NCBI GenBank assembly: GCA_964188305.1
Contig: OZ076890.1
Origin: Podarcis bocagei
Taxonomy: Eukaryota
Reading direction: 5' to 3' (one strand)
DNA length: 64,000 bases
Shown here: positions 60,901-64,000 of the stretch, piece after piece
Position numbering within the stretch: the stretch's first letter is position 1
How the letters are laid out: the number at the start of each line of letters is the position of its first letter
Notes under the pieces: model-generated
What the model was told of the DNA's origin: nothing
Seen by the model: the letters and a program-made list of their open reading frames with translations, nothing else
Databases searched by the model: none
Program-made: the position numbers and the translations under genes

Positions 60901-62518
60901 ACATATGTCTCTTGTAAAACTTCAGCTAGTTGCTTTCTAACAGTGGGACTAATTCTAGCTAGGCTATTTGGATTATTCAATAGTGAGTTATTCTTGTAAT
61001 GCTTAACTTTTGTTTAGCATCATTAACATCTGCAGGAGACATGAATTTTCATTCTTGCCTCTTCCTCCCCCTCAGAAAAGAGTGAGTTGCAGTTTTTCCT
61101 CTATTCCCCTCCCCACCCCTGCACATGCTGAATCTTCTTTGGACTATTTTCTCAGTCCTTCTCTTTGCAATGAAAACATAATTATGTTACCAATAGCAAC
61201 TTGTCCATTCCTTTGTGAGCCCCTTGGCTTTCCCATAGGACTTTTATACTCCTCCCAACCAAACACTGTGTTTTGCATTGAAAATACCCTTTGACATGAA
61301 AAATAATTGATTGATAGATAAGGCACGTGGAGAGGTAATAGTTTAACTTTACCTATAGTTCAGTGCAGCTATACTGAACATCAAGAAAAAAGCATTCATC
61401 CCCCAATTGTAGTATTCTGGTTGACTTATGTGTCAGTGACTTGCAAGATGTAAGAACCTGGCTTGAGCCAAATATTTTAAATAAGCAAGAAACCTAGTAC
61501 TGTAGTGTCTACTTGATGATTAGCAAAGCTACACTTTTCCCTTCTCTTCATTTGCTACAGATGCATTAGAATGCAGAAAGAATTGAATTTTAAATCAGAA
61601 GCCTGCATGCAGGCCATAACATACGACGCAGTGACATAAAAAAGTAGACAAATTGGAGCCATCTCAACTATAATACAATAAAGTTTTAAAAGATCTAGCC
61701 TGGATCATCGCCATAGGAAGGCAGTGCCTGCCATATTCAGTAGCATGTTCATAGTTTGCACCATTACTCATGCATACAAAGTTGGTTGAAAAATAATTTT
61801 GCAATAGTCTTGTACTTTTGAACAGATAGCCATCTATAGGTCTATTTTTGCTGCTCCTTCTCTTCAGTGTCAGCAGATATGACTGGCACATCCAAGAATA
61901 TCAGCCAGTGGCTTCTGAAATGATGGCAAAAGACCACAATTAATCAGGGTTTTGTCATTCATTTTTGTATATGTAGTTTGTCAGCTTATAGCTATTTAAA
62001 CAGTAAGATCTGCTATAGTTGATCATTTTTTCTTCTGTTGAGAGTGGATTTACATTTTTTGCATGACATTTAATAAAACAGTGCCAAGATGCCAACAGGA
62101 GCTTAAAATTATCGGTAACACTTCTTCTGATAGATCTTATCTGAATCTGTCCTTTGGGACCCTTCACTTATTTGCCATCATCTGTTTTTCTTCACTTTTA
62201 TTGTAAACGTCTTGATAGTTATGTTTAATAAAACTCAGGATTACTTAAACAGTTTCAATACAATAATTCAACCAAACATTCATTTGATGGGTTTCAGAAT
62301 GCTAATTATTATATGTATGGCAGGCAACCCAAAGTTACCTTGACAGATGTTCTGAGGACGAAAACAGGAAGAAAATACATTCAAAGGCACCTTTTAACTG
62401 ATCCTAGTCTATCTGATGCTAACAAGTTGCAATCAGATGAACAGACCTCCTCAACCATTGCCAGCCTAGAGTCATGTCAAAAAATAAGCTCTCAAGAAAG
62501 CCGTATTTTACCTAAAAG
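52268..62518 (+). CDS. SENP7: Sentrin/SUMO-specific protease 7, N-terminal exons (gene continues beyond window)
   Basis: Phase-compatible exons 52268-52309 (MEGHGQNSSSSQPK, start inferred), 53613-53711 (..DDVHIQSPLS..), 55717-55814, 60527-60718 (QPKVILTNVLKTEIGRKY), 62324-62518 (QPKVTLTDVLRTKTGRKY...DANKLQSD...SLESCQK). These match the SENP7 N-terminus as recalled. Synteny agrees. Confidence 0.88.
52570..53330 (+). mobile_element. L2 LINE 3' fragment with nested SINE
   Basis: ggaaacttcagctagtgca, actgcactgattaccagtt, aaagccttaaatggc, and 3' gatgaagggcggtatacaaatttaat followed by (GTT)n. Confidence 0.65.
52865..53090 (+). mobile_element. tRNA-derived squamate SINE (Squam3-like), 5' truncated
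   Basis: B-box ccgggttcg, body gctgggtgaccttgggccagtcac...ctcagccccactcacctcacag, (CTT/CCT) tail. Confidence 0.7.
53846..54063. mobile_element. Tigger-like MITE family A
   Basis: TA-CAGTGGTACCTCGGGTT...AACCCGAGGTACCACTG-TA. Confidence 0.88.
54838..54970. mobile_element. Decayed hAT MER5-like MITE
   Basis: cagaggtggggaacctgtgg...ctcccatca...gatggaagtt...tctggagggtcatagttttccaatcc. Same architecture as 40217-40350. Confidence 0.5.
57620..57961 (+). mobile_element. L2 LINE 3' end with (AAT)n tail
   Basis: ggccttctggtggtt...gggccttctcggtagtggcgcccgccctgtggaac...cagatgagcagggtataaac, then about 17 AAT units (57910-57961). Confidence 0.8.
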
Positions 62519-63719
62519 GTACGTCATTCAGCAATTTATTGATTTTTATTTTTTATTTTTTATTTTTTTATTTTTTGGTCCATAATTTATCACTAAAACT
62601 ATGATTTGGTTGAAAACAATACATACAGGAATGTACGTAATCGCCATTGGTCACAATCCGGTCAAAGTTAATTACTTTTAAATGCCATTGATTTCAGCTG
62701 GAGAGCTACGCACATGCTTAATTCACTAATTGAAATCAGTAGGATTTTGAATAACTTTGACCCTTTGTTTTTGTGCAAGCTTATGTTTTGTTTTCATTCA
62801 TAGACATGATTTGCAATGATTGCCATGGAGGTAACACTACCTGTAGAATAACGCCTTTCACCTCTATTCCTCCAAAAAGACTTTTATGGAAGAAAGCATT
62901 TTTTCATAATTTTTAGTCTGCCAACATGGAAATAAATCAGAAGCCAGCATAATATCCCTACATACTACCTAAAATATAAAACTTGAAGCTTAGAGGTTCT
63001 TTTTAAAGCATGATGGAAGCTATAGTGTATTTGGAATTCAACTCTTTCCATCATAGCACTTAATATAAAACTGTAGCTATATGCTGGAGCTGTCATACTA
63101 AAGACCTGGAACTCATTTCGTCCCTTTGTGTTAAGCTAGTGCAGAAGTTGTGCATCTGGGCAGCCCACTTCCAGCAGTGGCCAACTTCTGGGCAGCCCTC
63201 AGACCTCTCTTCCCAACTGATTCCCCCCACCTCTGCTGCCCACCTGTTTAGCCATAGAGATAGTGTTCAAAATCCCCCAGGCACCTTTTGGGATTGGCGC
63301 GAGTCCAACTGTGACCAAGTGAAGATGTCTTGTTGCCAGGTTTTGCAACTGACATCTCCACCACCTGGCTGGCACGCAGCAGCGTTTTCTGCTGCTGCAT
63401 GCACCCCAGCAACAAAATACACTGCTGCCAGCCAGCCAGCCAATCCGTGATGTCTTATCGCTGTTTTATTCTGGATTGTTTTACTTGATATTTTAATGTG
63501 TTGTAAACCACTTGGCCATTTTTTTCTTTAAAATGTAAAGTGGCATAAAATGAAATGAATAATAATAACGTTAATAAGCTCCATTGTAAAAAAGAAATGG
63601 CGACTAGACCATCGGTTGTGGCAACTGTAGCCTAGGTTTCAGGTGCTTATATATCTGAGTTTCTAATAGAGAGGGGCTCCCTAGCTATTCCTTGTGCTTA
63701 TTAGCTGGGCAGCAGAAGG

Positions 63720-63950
63720 ATGTACATGATGGGGTCACTGCAATCCCATTACTTGCCTCCTCACTTTATGTGGGATGCCTTTGAAGTGGCAATGAATTTG
63801 GTACAAAATGTGACTGCTAGGATGCTGACTGGAACTGCTAAATTGGAGCACATCACCACAATCATGTTTTATCTAAGCTGGCTATCTGTTTTCAACCTTT
63901 ATTCAAGGTGCTAGCTTTGCCCTTGAAAGTTGTAAACAGTTTTCTTAAGA
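63720..63950 (+). mobile_element. Decayed L2 fragment
   Basis: Translates LVQNVTARMLTGTAKLEHIT...L.WL.V, the L2 ORF2 QNAAAR..HITP..LHWLP motif. Confidence 0.6.
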
Positions 63951-64000
63951 GTCCTCTCTCCCCTCCTCCAAAAGAAGATGGCGGCTCATATGGGCCACTT

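Overview
Vertebrate genomic DNA, almost certainly a squamate and probably a lacertid lizard (inferred from a full-length Sauria SINE and tRNA-Lys-headed SINEs). It is the conserved housekeeping block orthologous to human 3q12.3. In order: last exon of RPL24 (+), complete 11-exon ZBTB11 (+), PCNP (-, exon 2 partly in an N gap), TRMT10C (-), TXNL4B (+, head-to-head with TRMT10C), an intact FAM172B/ARB2-family ORF (-, a pseudogene in human) and the first exons of SENP7 (+, head-to-head with FAM172B). There are four CpG-island promoters. Introns and intergenic DNA carry many Tc1/mariner-pogo and hAT MITEs, SINEs and L2/CR1/Rex1 fragments. Most notable: the intact FAM172B with Gly at the hydrolase nucleophile position, the non-mammalian position of TXNL4B, tandem PxVxL exons in SENP7, a candidate ZBTB11 poison exon, and MITEs carrying ZNF143/NRF1/ETS motifs next to bidirectional promoters. 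Gene identities rest on my recall of the orthologous proteins; no searches were run. I found no clearly novel multi-gene system.
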